Shown here piece by piece: positions 12,866 through 25,200 of a DNA stretch of 64,000 nt (position 1 is its first letter; each line of letters begins with the position of its first letter). The notes beneath the pieces were generated by a model. That model saw nothing but the letters and a program-made list of their open reading frames with translations, had not been told where the DNA came from and made no database searches. The DNA is from Negaprion brevirostris (lineage: Eukaryota), in contig JARDVH010000106.1 in the NCBI GenBank assembly GCA_030324005.1, positions 28,197,315-28,261,314 on the forward strand, given 5' to 3'. The translations under genes and the position numbers were made by a program.

Positions 12866-13724
12866 AGGGGTGATCCCACCGGCTCTCCCACCAGCCGATT
12901 GGCATAGCAAGCCAGTAAGATCACAAGAGAGGTGAAAGCATAGGCTCACGCCCAGTTTTTCACTTCTCATGATAATACTGGCATTGTGAAGCAGGTGTAG
13001 TCAGCTTTGTGCCCAGGAAGGGTGTAAGGTTGATTATAATATTTAAATCAGAATGTAAATATTATTAATTGGCCTGAGATGGAATCATCTGGGATCACTT
13101 GCCTTATCGGCCTCGCCAATGGAAGTCCTCACTGGTAAGGATCATGTATGGTTCTCAACAACAGGGATCAGGTGTAATAACCTTGTTGGTGGGACCAGAG
13201 GCCTATGCAGCCCCTGTCTAGTCAGGGGAGAGGAGGCAGAAATGCCTCTTGGGCAATGCCAGCCTGGCACTGCCAGCCTGGGACCCTGGACTGCCAGCCT
13301 CACACTTCCCACTGGACCCTGGTGCCAAGGTGTGGGGTGAGGACTATGGGGAAGCGGAGGGACTGCATACTGCAATTTGCAATCAGTTGGGGTTTGCCTC
13401 AATCACTTGGGATTTGCTGCAATCGGGGAGGGGGGTTTGATTTGGTAAGGGAATATCTCCCAGTGTATTATCTATGTACTCTTGTAAACAATTAATGTAC
13501 TGGCAGATCGGTGCACATGCAATGGCGCATTCTTGCTGTCAGCAGCCAGCTTCCTAGCAAGAATAGACTCTGTCTACTCTCCCTACTGGGGTGAATTACA
13601 CTTTGACTCTTTTTTTGCACCATATGGCATAAGTTCATGTCTGAGAGTTCATCCAAAAAATAGTTGTGATTCTTTCCCATTTTCACGCTAAGTCTGGCAC
13701 TTAAAATTTTTTTGGTAAGATCAC
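12866..13724. mobile_element. Probable non-autonomous DNA transposon (PIF/Harbinger-like MITE)
   Basis: GC-richer non-coding block with imperfect inverted ends (ggggtgatcccacc ... ggtaagatcac); similar ends at ~18645. Confidence 0.4.
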
Positions 13725-13751
13725 TGTCTCCCCCCAGCCCCCACCAGAAAT

Positions 13752-13980
13752 TTACCATTTATATAGATGATCTGGAGGAGGGAACCGAGTGTATGATGTC
13801 GAAATTTGCTGATGACACCAAGATTGNNNNNNNNNNNNNNNNNNNNNNNNNNNNNNNNNNNNNNNNNNNNNNNNNNNNNNNNNNNNNNNNNNNNNNNNNN
13901 NNNNNNNNNNNNNNNNNNNNNNNNNNGCAGGCTCGAGGGGCTAGATGGCCTACTCCTGCTCCTATTTCTTATGTTCTTAA
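13752..13980 (+). mobile_element. CR1 LINE remnant (RT catalytic motif plus tail, collapsed across an N gap)
   Basis: FTIYIDDLEEGTECMMSKFADDTKI, then a gap, then the CR1 tail gcaggctcgaggggctagatggcctactcctgctcctatttcttatgttctta. Confidence 0.85.
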
Positions 13981-16348
13981 AAAAAACCTGGATTCCTAGC
14001 CACAGACCAAACATGCTGGTGCCGAATGTTACTTCAAGAGGAGCACTACACTTTCTAAGATCCTCTATATATAATTTTTCTAACCATAATACACAACTAA
14101 CATCCACAGATGGCAACTGACAGCTGCCCCTTCATAATTTTTAAGTGGCTAAATTGTAAAACTTGCTGCCAAATGATGCAGCTAAAGTGAATAGCATAGA
14201 TGCATTTAAGAGGATGCTGGAGAAATATATGAGGCAGAAAGGAACTATGATAAGCCCCAAGACTTAAATGGGGAATCCCTGATTGACCTTCCAGTAGGAC
14301 TTGTGAAATACAAGTTCCTGTAATGATTGGTAATTGCCTAACCAGGTGGAACTCGAATTCTGAGGCTTTGGCGAAATGGGCTTCTGAGAGGATCGGGCAT
14401 TCTATCATCCCGGATGGGACATGTGTACATGTACCACAGGCTTGTGGTTTAACTTCTACTTTATCAAATAAAACACAGTTCCTTTGCAGTTGGCTTCCTG
14501 TGTTATTACAGGAACAGAAGCATACATTGATGAAGTTATATGAATTATAATGGGAGGAAATATAATGAAATATAATGAAGCATAAACTCTTTCATGAAAT
14601 AGTTGCTATGCTGTAAATCCATTGTAATTCTATATAAAATCTGGCTATAAACTTTCATTTGATCACTAAACTGCAGCTAATATCCAGACAGCCAAAAAGA
14701 TAGAAGTAAACTTGGAGAGGAGTATTTACTGTTCCTTGTAAGGGAGAGCTATGTTCAAGGTTATTTTGTTATCTATGTAGAGTCTATTTCTAACAGGTCA
14801 GTATGAATCTGTAAATGCATTTCAACATCTTCTGAACAATAGACAATTTGAGTATAAGGCAAAGCTAAACTATGTATGGGATAGTTAGAAATTACCAGGA
14901 TGATTACACAAGTTCAAACGCATGGCTTGGATATAGAAATGGCTTTTTAAGAATAGCCTTTCTGCCATTCTTAAAAAGCCATTCAAATGACATTTGGTTT
15001 GTTTTCCATCTGGTATGTTTGCAAGCCAGGAGTGTAATTTCAAATTCCATTTCACTAACTCTGCAAGTAGCACTGCAACAAACTGTACAAGTGGTTGTGC
15101 AAAGGCAACCAAGAGTGAAAAATCTCTGATTTCCATCACTCACATCCCCTCAGTATTTTCCCACACAATAGATTGAGGCTGAGCTGGGAACACTCGCCAC
15201 ATGAAAAATCCAACAACAAGTTGTATTGAACCTTTCCTTATCTGCACAAAAAAATAAAAATATCAATAGCAAACTGTATGTGTAGCAGAAACTTAGATAA
15301 CTTAATCAGTAACACAAATTATATAATTGTGCTGCTGATTATAACTGACACTAAACATTTTATTTTTATAATATTTTTATTAAGCATTTAAAAAAACTAG
15401 GCTGGAAGACAGTTGCAAATTGCTTGCTAAAATTAAGGATTTGCAATTATGGTAATGTTAGGCAGAATTAGAGAGTCTGTGGGAGTACAACATAACTTTC
15501 TTTCATTTAAATTTTGCAAATATGTAGTTCCTAAACCCAAGCAGCATGGCACGACCCATTTTCAGGTGATCATAGAACCACAGAATCATAGAATCCCTAC
15601 GAAAGTAAGTTCAACATTCCTACATCACCAGTCTATGCAACAAAGGATTTTGGCAGAGAATGCCCTGTCCTGCACTCCGCGTCTCTTAAATACTCAGTAT
15701 ATGAATATTCAGCACTTCTACTTCTAGAATCAGATCTTTTGGATGATTCGAAGTGCATCCTTAACCCAGCCCTGATCAATGTATATTTGACAATGAATCT
15801 CATGGCCTGTTTCATCGTGTGGTATCTTGTGTAACCCCAATTTTCTTTGTCCCATTATTGGGCCCAGGATATTACCTTCTGATTATCCATCTTTCACTTC
15901 CTACTCCTTTGTCTTGCATAGTATAGACCACTGCCATTAAATGCTTTTGGGCATTTTTACCAAAGGCTTATAAATTTAAGTTATTGATAATCAGAACATA
16001 TTAAAACTTTGGCAATCTACAAACCATCCAAAAGTTTGAGTTCTTTTGATTATCAATAACTAAAAACAATGGCCTAAATATTCCATTGACTTCAAGAAAG
16101 AATTCCTGGGCCTGGGGTAGGACTGGAAAATCCTGCCAATTATCTCTACACTAAGGTACTAGCTGGAATTCTCCAATCCCACCTGCGGCTGGGATTCCCT
16201 GGTCCCACAGCTGTGAATGGAGATTTGGCTGAGTGCTAAATTCTCTGCCTCTTGCTGGCAGCTGTCAGATCAGGGAATTCTGGTCACTCTGGTCACGGGT
16301 GAGGGGCAGACAATGAGAAGGTCAAAATTAGTCAACCCAAAACAACAA

Positions 16349-17041
16349 TGTCACATGACCAAAACTTGAGCTGTCCGAATTCCTTTAATTAATAAACTGC
16401 TGGGTCTTATAGTCAGTTTCTGTCTGACCTCCAAAGGAAAGAATAACTCCAGGCAAACAGCCTGTCGCTGTTAACCATCATTCAATCAAACAGATAGCAG
16501 CCGAAGGAGCTCTGTCCAGGTACAATTATTAGCTCTTATTTACACAGTCGACTACTGGAACATTGGAACTGATGCCTTCAGAACTAATTCAGCTCTACTT
16601 GCCTTCTGCTCTCATTGAAGTCCTCACTTCTGGGAAGATGAATCACCCTATGACAACAGTTAACCAACCTAATCCTCTGAACAAACACTCCATTGGACTT
16701 TTGATTCTGGGTTCTGGACTTGGGTATAAACGTAACTTGTATTTTTACTGTATTCTGGCCCTGTACCCCTTTCTTTCTCTTTTATTGTTTGAGTGCAAAA
16801 AGGGGCAGACATTGTGAAACCCCTTTCCCATGCACGAAATATGCCAATCCTTTTATTTTATCTTATCTTGGATTTGATGTGAAAATTATTAATTCAAGTA
16901 CCGGAACACTGCTAAATAAAGGCTGGGGAAAATATGCCACTACTTAAAAGGGGGAAAATCAAAAATATATTTCTGTTTATGGATGGCTCGTGAGAGGAGA
17001 AATCAGAGCTGTTTAAATTGATCCCCCTCCTGTCTGTAACA
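16349..17041. mobile_element. Possible solo LTR
   Basis: TG...CA bounded block (tgtcacatg ... cctgtctgtaaca) with LTR-like content. The left boundary is uncertain. Confidence 0.3.
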
Positions 17042-17074
17042 ATATCCTTAAAATTTTTTTTTTCCACATTCTAT

Positions 17075-17530
17075 AGTAGTGTAGTGGTATTGTTACTGGA
17101 CTAGTAATCCAGAGGCCCAGGGTAATACTGTGGGGACCTGGGTTCAAATCTCACCATAGCAAATGGTGAAATTTGAATTTAAAATATCTGGAATTGAAAA
17201 TCTAATAATGACCGTGCAACCGTTGTCAATTGTTGTTAAAAACACATCTGGCCCCCTTTTAGGAGGGAAAAATACTATCCTTACTTGGTCTGGCCTACAT
17301 GTGACTCCAGATCCATAATAATGTGGTTGGGTCTTAACTGACCCTCAAGGAAAATTAGGGATTGACAATAATAACTGGCCCAGCCAGTGATGCTCATGTA
17401 AAGTAAAGTTTATTTATTAGTCACAATTAAGGCTTACATTAACACTGCAATGAAGACACTGTGAAATTCCCCAAGTTCCTACACTCTAGCGCTTGTTCAG
17501 GTCAATGCACCTAACTAACATACCTTTCAG
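17075..17530. mobile_element. tRNA-headed SINE (family A, +) with a minus-strand SINE tail inserted at its end
   Basis: gtagtggtatt...ggttcaaatc. 17399-17530 is the reverse complement of the tail seen at ~29260-29316. Confidence 0.7.
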
Positions 17531-17643
17531 GTATTCCTGTGATTCTGTTCCTCCACGTTTCTACAAAAAGTTAAAAGTTATCTAGAACCATGGTTCCATT
17601 CTGGGATCTTCCCATCCAGTTGTAACATTATTTGAGATTGTAG

Positions 17644-18600
17644 CAACGTGATGCAGAGTGCCTTCAGGTTAATATCTGTTCTCTGGAAGATTACCAAGCA
17701 AAGCAAAATGAAGTTAATGTCACTCTGAAAATACTGAAGAATGAATTGACAGAGAAGACTCAGCAAAATTTCATATTCCAGGAAGAAAATGTTATGCTGC
17801 AGCAAGACATCCAAGCAGTGAAAGAGGGAATACAATGTAGTACATTCTTATTGAAGAGGTTGAGACAAAGAAAACATTGAACAGCAGTTTGGGAACTGCA
17901 TGATGGACGATGAGGAAGAGAAGTTGAAGGATTCTTGTGTGCAGGAGCAACCAAAGTGGAAAATGTGCAGCTCCAATTCAATAGTCAGAAGAAGGGTTCT
18001 CTACTACTTCTGCAGTGTACCCAAATGAAAATAGAAGTTCTCACAAAAGAGCATGAAGAGTCTCAAAAACAATTAGAAGTGTAATTACAGAATGTGAGAC
18101 TGAAGGACAGCACAGAGGAATTAGGCTCTGCTAAGGGAAAATACTTAGTGTAGAGAAGCAACTTTGGAGTACAAATGAAGAGTTGCCTAATGAAAAACAA
18201 GGCCAGATGATAACACTGGAGTGTTCTCATCGGGTCTTGCTTTTCATTAGGAAGTAGACCACTTGAAAGGGGACTTGAAAAAGCTGAATGATAAACTTGC
18301 AGAAACAAATTCAAGAAGATAGATCCTCAATTATAACTTTGATGAACTTCATGAATCATAAGAACATAAGAAGTAGGAGCAGAGATTTGAGCAGGGGAGA
18401 TGGAGCAGTATGGACAGATTGAGCTGCAAATATATTTGGGTAAAGACTTGCACATCAGTATGCCATGTTCAGCATAACGCTGGTTAATGTAAGGCTGGAG
18501 AACAGTACTTCCCACAATATGATGTAGAGAGTCACAAGATAGCAGACTGACTACAATGCAGTTTTGCAGAAGCTAGCATGGAGATAGTACCTAGCTGGGG
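17644..18600 (+). pseudogene. Decayed coiled-coil protein-coding remnant, unidentified
   Basis: 78 open codons QRDAECLQVNICSLEDYQAKQNEVNVTLKILKNELTEKTQQNFIFQEENVMLQQDIQAVKE..., then frameshifted or stopped blocks TKVENVQLQF...KIEVLTKEHEESQKQLEV*LQNVRLKDSTEEL and LKGDLKKLNDKLAETN. Strong E/K/Q/L bias. Confidence 0.5.
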
Positions 18601-18879
18601 TTATTCAATAGAGATGTGTATAATTGTTACCAATAAACACTTATGGGGTGATTTTGAGCCTCATTCTCTGTCTACGGGAATGGTGGCACATGCTCAAAAT
18701 CAGGAGAGTGTGATTCACGCTGGTGAGTTTCTAAGTTCCGATCTTACCAGCCCCTCATTTGTGGAGTGGCTTGAAATACGTCATGGGACTGCATAAAGCT
18801 AATTATAATATAATAGCATGTCATTAGCGAACACTCTCTCTGGTACTTCTTCCCTACTGGATATTCAGCAGGTGCCTAC

Positions 18880-19150
18880 ACGATGCCCACTGCTGCCTCA
18901 CAGCGCCAGGGACCCGGGTTCAATTCCAATCTCGGATTACTGCCTGTGTGGAGTTTGCACCTTCTTCCCATGTCTGCTTGGGTTTCTTCAGGGTACCCTG
19001 GTTTCCTCCAAAAATGTGCAGATTAAGTATATTAGCCATGGTCAGGCACGGGGTTATGGGGATTGCAGGAGGAGTGGGGGGCAGGGTTGGGCATGGGGAA
19101 GATGCTTTTTCAGAGAGTAAGTGCAGACTCTGAGCTGAATGGTCTCCTTT
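18880..19150 (+). mobile_element. V-SINE (HE1-like)
   Basis: cactgctgcctcacagcgccagggacccgggttcaattcc plus V-domain ctgtgtggagtttgcac...tgggtttc. Confidence 0.8.
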
Positions 19151-19717
19151 GTGGGAGCCCATGGTCGCGTATGTGTAGTTGGCCAATGATTTCTGAGCTG
19201 CACACACTATTAGTGAATAATGATGTGACTTAAGGTACTTGATTAAATTAGAACACAAAACTTATCCAGCCAACTATGTCGAGAGGATTCATGTTTCTTC
19301 AGAATAAAACTACATGAAACTTTTGGTTGATTTCTCACAGAGATATAAAATGAAGATTAGCATGTATGCAGCTCCTTTCACCATTTTAGAATGTCCTGCA
19401 ATAATTTACAGCCAATGAGGTGGAGTTACTGTTATAGTACAGACAACACAACTGTCAGTTTGCACAGAGCAAGTTTCAATAAACATAAGATGATAATGAT
19501 CAGGCAATTGTTCTGTGGTGATTGGCACTTCAAGGGCAACACAGAAAAGAAGGGTCACCTAGCTTGGGAGACCAATTGGGACTGGGAGTGGGCAATCACT
19601 CCGAAGGTTGGCATCCTGTCTGAGACAGAAGACATGTAGAAGACCTGTAGGGACTGGAGGCAAACAAGGCAGGCTGCTCTAGGGCAGCTGGGTGGCTGCT
19701 GGCCTCCATACAGTTTA

Positions 19718-20630
19718 TCTTTGTAGTAACTGCGGTATAAAGAGGACAAATGTGAGGTTATCTACTTTGATAGCAACAATAGGAAGAATGATTATTACTT
19801 GAATAGGTGTAAATTGAGAGAGGTGAGTGCTCAGCAATGGCACACAGGTACAGCAGGCAATAAAAAAGGCAAATGGTATGTCACATGAGTAGAGACTAAG
19901 TTGGTTAGGATTATATTCACTGGAGTTTAGAAGAGTGAGATGGAATCTCATGGAAACTTATAAAAAATTCGAACAAGATCAGACAGAATATATTCAAAAA
20001 GAATATTCCAAATGGTGGTGGTGGGGGAGGGGGGGGCAGAACTAAGGCTCATAGTTTGAGGATAAAGGGTAAACTTTTAGAACTGAGGTGAGGAGAAATT
20101 TCTTCACCCAGAGGGTGGTGAATTTGGAATTCACGATCACAGAAAGTGGTTGAGGCCAAAACATTGTCTGGGTGTCACAGTGGCACAGTGGTTCTGCTGA
20201 CATACAGCACCAGGGATCTGGATTCAATTCCAGCCGCCGTGGGTCACTGTCTGTGTGGAGTTTGCACGTCCTCCCTGTGTCTGCATGAGTTTCTTCCGCG
20301 TGCCCCAGTTTTTCCCACAGTCCAAAGGTGTGTGGGTTAGATTGATTGGCCGTGCCAAATTGTCAGGGGGAGTAGCAGGGTAAATATGTGGGGTTACGGG
20401 AATAGGGCCAGGTTGGGATTGTGGTTGGTGCAGACTCGATGGGACTCTATGATCTATGATTCCATGATTTTAAGAAGAGATTAGATATAGCTCTTGGAGT
20501 TAGAGGGATCAAGGGATTTGGGGGGAAGGGGGAAATCAGGATACTGATTTTGATGATTAGCCATGATCAAAATGAATGGCAGAGCAGGCTCAAAGGGTCG
20601 AAGGACTACTCCTGCTTGTAGTTTCTATGT
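19718..20630 (+). mobile_element. CR1 LINE 3' portion, interrupted by a V-SINE at ~20172-20465
   Basis: gaactgaggtgaggagaaatttcttcacccagagggtggtgaatttggaattc and CR1 tail at 20550-20630; the V-SINE head gtcacagtggcacagtggtt lies inside it. Confidence 0.8.
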
Positions 20631-21239
20631 TAAGATGCACCTTTATTTTTAATTAGTTCCACAATTCTTTGACTCACTTTATTCCTTATGTGCTTCTGAA
20701 GAGCCTTTGCAATTTCCTTGTGGGCTGACCACCAGTAATCTAACGATGTTTCCCCTTAACCTTGGCTTTGCCTTTGTGCTGTGTTAACATGCTCAAGTGT
20801 CATTGCTTTTAGGAAATGGCACGGTTTGATATCTTTATTCTTCCTGTGCGTAGAGCTTTTAAACAGTGGGCGAAACTGTCCTGGAATGACTGTTTTAGAC
20901 AGTAGTACAGTCAAGCCTTGAATGCTGACAAAGTGGACAAAGAGAAATAAGAAAAATTGCATCAGATAATGCTCTAACTGATTGCTACAATCAGCCTAGT
21001 TACTGAAAAGCCTGTAGTGTTGCTGCTGGACTGAATAGGATGGCATCTTATGAAAAGAGTTGTAAAGAGAGCAATCCTCAGAGTGTCCTTGCACTGGGCT
21101 ATGTGCAAACAGAGGGATCCTCTACAACCAGCCAATACAATTAAAATCCGTCTCAAGACTTCAGAATAAAATTTACTGGAAGGTAATTATTACCCCTCGC
21201 TGCCATTTCTTCCTTGATTCAGAGCGTGCAAATGCACAG

Positions 21240-21480
21240 CAGGGGAGAGAGAGAGAGATACAAAAGGGTCCAGAGGGGTAATTCTTCCACACAGAGAGTG
21301 GTGATTGCCTGGAACAAGCTGCTAGAGGTAGTAGTTGAGGTTGGTACAAATTTTCTTTTAAACAGGAGCGTGGGTAAGAGGGGTATAGAAGGATATGGGC
21401 CAAATGCGGGCAATTAGGACTAGCTTAGTGGCGACATGGACAAGTTGGAGAAAAGAGTCCATTTGCATGCTGTAAACCTC
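21240..21480 (+). mobile_element. CR1-type LINE tail
   Basis: ttcttccacacagagagtggtgattgcctggaacaagctgctagagg...gggtatagaaggatatgggccaaatgcgggcaa. Confidence 0.65.
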
Positions 21481-21962
21481 AATGATGGTGGAATAGTGGT
21501 GCATCAAATTCCATTAGCACAATTGGATAAACTCACGACAAAGATTTGTGTCAGCGAATGCTCTCTGTGTATGCTCACAGCAATAGTAAAACATGCAAGT
21601 CCTTCTGGTCTAAATAAACAATACCTTTAAGAAGCAAGACCTTGCAGTACATTATGTTTAGCAGAACAAACTTCATGCCTAACTTAACATGGGATTATCT
21701 AGTTGTCTAAGAACTTAATGGTTATCGTACCGTGCTATTAACCCAGAGCTGTGAATTCAAAAACTCACCATATTCATGTTGTGAAAATTGAATTCAATGG
21801 ATCTGATAACTGAGAACCCCAGTTGGAAAAATAGTGATGCATTACTAGAATAATTCCAGGAGNNNNNNNNNNNNNNNNNNNNNNNNNNNNNNNNNNNNNN
21901 NNNNNNNNNNNNNNNNNNNNNNNNNNNNNNNNNNNNNNNNNNNNNNNNNNNNNNNNNNNNNN

Positions 21963-22112
21963 GACTGTGGGAGGAAACCGTAGCATCCAGAGGAAACGCA
22001 CACAGTCACAGAGAGAACGTGCAAGCTCCACACAGACAGTGACCCAAGCCAGGAATCGAACCCAGGTCCCTGGCACTGCATGGCAGCAGTGCTAACATCT
22101 GTGCCACTGTGC
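21963..22112 (-). mobile_element. V-SINE (HE1-like), 5' part
   Basis: Reverse complement of ggcacagtggcacag...ggttcgattcctggcttgggtcactgtctgtgtggag. Confidence 0.8.
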
Positions 22113-22292
22113 CATATGAAATAATTTTAAAAAACTTTACTATGCATACCAAGGTCCCCCACCTGGGTAGTGGAAGCAGAGGCATTCAATTACTTGACAG
22201 GAAATTGGATGAGCACTTAAAGGAAATAAATTTGCAGGGCTATGGGTGGGTTGCCAACTGTGATTACATGGAGATTTCATGACTTATCCCCA

Positions 22293-25200
22293 TGTGTTAG
22301 GGTATCAGATAGAAACCCTGGGCCCAATTTTACTATTGGGTGTGAAAACTTGGTGAAGTCAGGCGAGAGGCGATTAACATGATCCGTGCCCATGTCCGCA
22401 CAGATGCCCACTTTACCAAGGCCTGAAAATGGCCATGATCTGAACCATGCCCAAAATGCATTTAAATTGACTTGATGAGCTGGACGCCCAATCTTACCTG
22501 CATTTCCCTTTTACCATCGCATTTGCCGATCCAGATTCGGCATGAAACAGACATGCTTGGCAAAGGCCTGTTTCAGGCACTCCAGCTTCTGAGGAGGTTC
22601 GTTCAGAGTTTCCAATAGCTTTCTGACTCAGTTCGGAGGGGGCAGGGGGAGGCCAGATGGTTCTCTGGTGGGGAGGGGGAGGGAGGCCAAGGGGTTCTCT
22701 GAGGGAGGGGGGGTAAGGGAGGCCAGAGGATTGTCGGGTTGGGGGAAGGAGGGAAGAGGAGNNNNNNNNNNNNNNNNNNNNNNNNNNNNNNNNNNNNNNN
22801 NNNNNNNNNNNNNNNNNNNNNNNNNNNNNNNNNNNNNNNNNNNNNNNNNNNNNNNNNNNNNNNNNNNNNNNNNNNNNNNNNNNNNNNNNNNNNNNNNNNN
22901 NNNNNNNNNNNNNNNNNNNNNNNNNNNNNNNNNNNNNNNNNNNNNNNNNNNNNNNNNNNNNNNNNNNNNNNNNNNNNNNNNNNNNNNNNNNNNNNNNNNN
23001 NNNNNNNNNNNNNNNNNNNNNNNNNNNNNNNNNNNNNNNNNNNNNNNNNNNNNNNNNNNNNNNNNNNNNNNNNNNNNNNNNNNNNNNNNNNNNNNNNNNN
23101 NNNNNNNNNNNNNNNNNNNNNNNNNNNNNNNNNNNNNNNNNNNNNNNNNNNNNNNNNNNNNNNNNNNNNNNNNNNNNNNNCCATCGCTCCCGCTTTTCGC
23201 TCCCAACCTACTCTATCTGCTTTTTGCGGCCTGGAAGCAGTGTGACAAGGGAGCGTTTTTCCATTTTTTTCCACCGCGCATGCAGCACTTAGAATCAAGA
23301 TGTAAAATCTAGCCCCCCAAGATATATAATGATGCCAGACTATTTCAGCATTAATGTGAGGGTGGTATGTTTCATTCCAGGTGTGACTCTACTGACAAAC
23401 TGGGGAGCTTTTATCAAATAACTTTTATTAAACAACTCAGATTAACTATAATAAATGAATAAGCTTAACTTTTTAACAATTAAACAATACTTAAACATGG
23501 AAAGAAACAATTCTTAACTGCTAAGTTATCAATATTCGTCCCAATTAAGCAATACTGCCCTGATAGATTTAAACCCCTCTTTAAAATTAATTAGCAAAAC
23601 TAAGGCATACTTTCTTTGACGTAATTTAACAGTCTTGGATCTTTCATAAAATCTCTGGAGAGAAAGACAGAAAGACAGTTATTTCTTCTATCAGCTATAG
23701 GTATCAACATTTTTAAAATGAAAATGAATTTTTTTTCCCTGCAAGATTAACTCCTCCCATTAATCATATAACATTGTCCCTGTCAATTAACCTATTTAAA
23801 ACTCGCATGACTCTGCATATCTAGTCTAAAATCCGAGTAGAACTGAAATAAACAAAACGTCCATCAACACATCCCTAGCTAAAATCAGTTATTTTCCTGC
23901 ATTCTCAGCTACATGTTTCCCAGACAAATCAACTTTTGCAACGAAACACTATCCTTTAAAGCAACCCTACCTAGACCATATATCAAATAGCACATTATCA
24001 TCACAGCTCCCCCTTCAAAAAAATGAACCAACTATATGAAAAGATGGCTTCATTTACCAAAATCTCTAGTTTTCACACTCTAGAATTTTAAGATATATAC
24101 ATCTTATTACACCTAAGCATACAAATTTAACAATAGTATTGTCCAGTTCAGTTTTTCTCTTCCAACATTGAACATTTCCATCCTTCTTTCATCAGTCATA
24201 ATAAAGTATTTGCAAACACATTCTCTCTTCCTCCTAATGTGCAGCATGTTGCTGTTATTCAGCTGTTTTCTCTTTCTTTTCAGAGGCCTTTTTCTGTTCT
24301 TGATCCTACTTTGATTCCAAGTTCAAGCCCGATTCCATTGTCATGATTGAAATTAATTCTGGTGAGGTCCTCATAGAGCTGGGCAAGATCCGGAGGGTAA
24401 AACATTGTATACAAACTGGCACAAACCACTTTGGATTTGCTTTTTCATTTCCTTCGCTGAGTCCAAGAAATTCTTTTGATTATCAGAGTCCTAAAATGTT
24501 CAACCAAAGTAATCTTTTACAGAAAGCCAATTTGCTCACAGACTTTGTCACAGAGACCCTGCCCCTCTGCACATTTTCTCAACTTCACATGTGTGTTCAG
24601 GGCCATCCAGAATAGTCACTTTATATCTGATTTCTTTATTTTTAACTGGCCTTAGTTCCTTTGTCAAGTATTTCAATTCTCCTCTGTTGCCACCAATATT
24701 TTTCCAGAGTCTCCAATGATGTATCTTTCTGTTCCAATGTAGTTTACTAACTCATATGTTTGTTCTGGATCATCATCATCATTTTCTGCATATTAATCTT
24801 GGCAAAATTATATAGCAGATTGGCTTCTTTGAAGTCAGGATTTGTTGTAATTATGGTCATGCTGTTGCATGAGCAATGAACAGTACTGTTTTCTGGGTAG
24901 CCATGTCTGTGCAAACTGTATAGCTTCAATATTCCAGCAGTTCATTAGGAATGATGGTACAGTTTCATCGAACAATTTTACTTCATGTTGTTTTCCTTTC
25001 CTTTATCCTGTGGTAGTGCAATGCTTCTGCTCGTTAATCTCCATCCTGAGATTATATATGATTGCTAACTGATCTACATTTTTCTTCTCATGAGCTGCTG
25101 TTGACAGTCCTGCAGTTTATGCTCAGATAATTTCAACAACTCAGTAACAAGCTCCAAGTCAATCAATGTTTTCTGCATCTATCTCTGCACATGCTCACTT

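Noticed and set aside
14880-15262. Minus-strand acceptor-like tract (ttttatttttttgtgcag) followed by several overlapping short ORFs
   Set aside because: All three frames stop within ~35 codons of the acceptor and no product is recognisable. It could be a non-coding exon but is unsupported.
22636-22761. G-run-rich tract with G-quadruplex potential (also ~9220-9430)
   Set aside because: It lies inside probable MITEs, so there is no locus-specific evidence of function.
22603-23312. Long ORFs of 168-231 aa, and similarly 55463-55965 and 12465-12935
   Set aside because: They are artefacts of translating through N runs.
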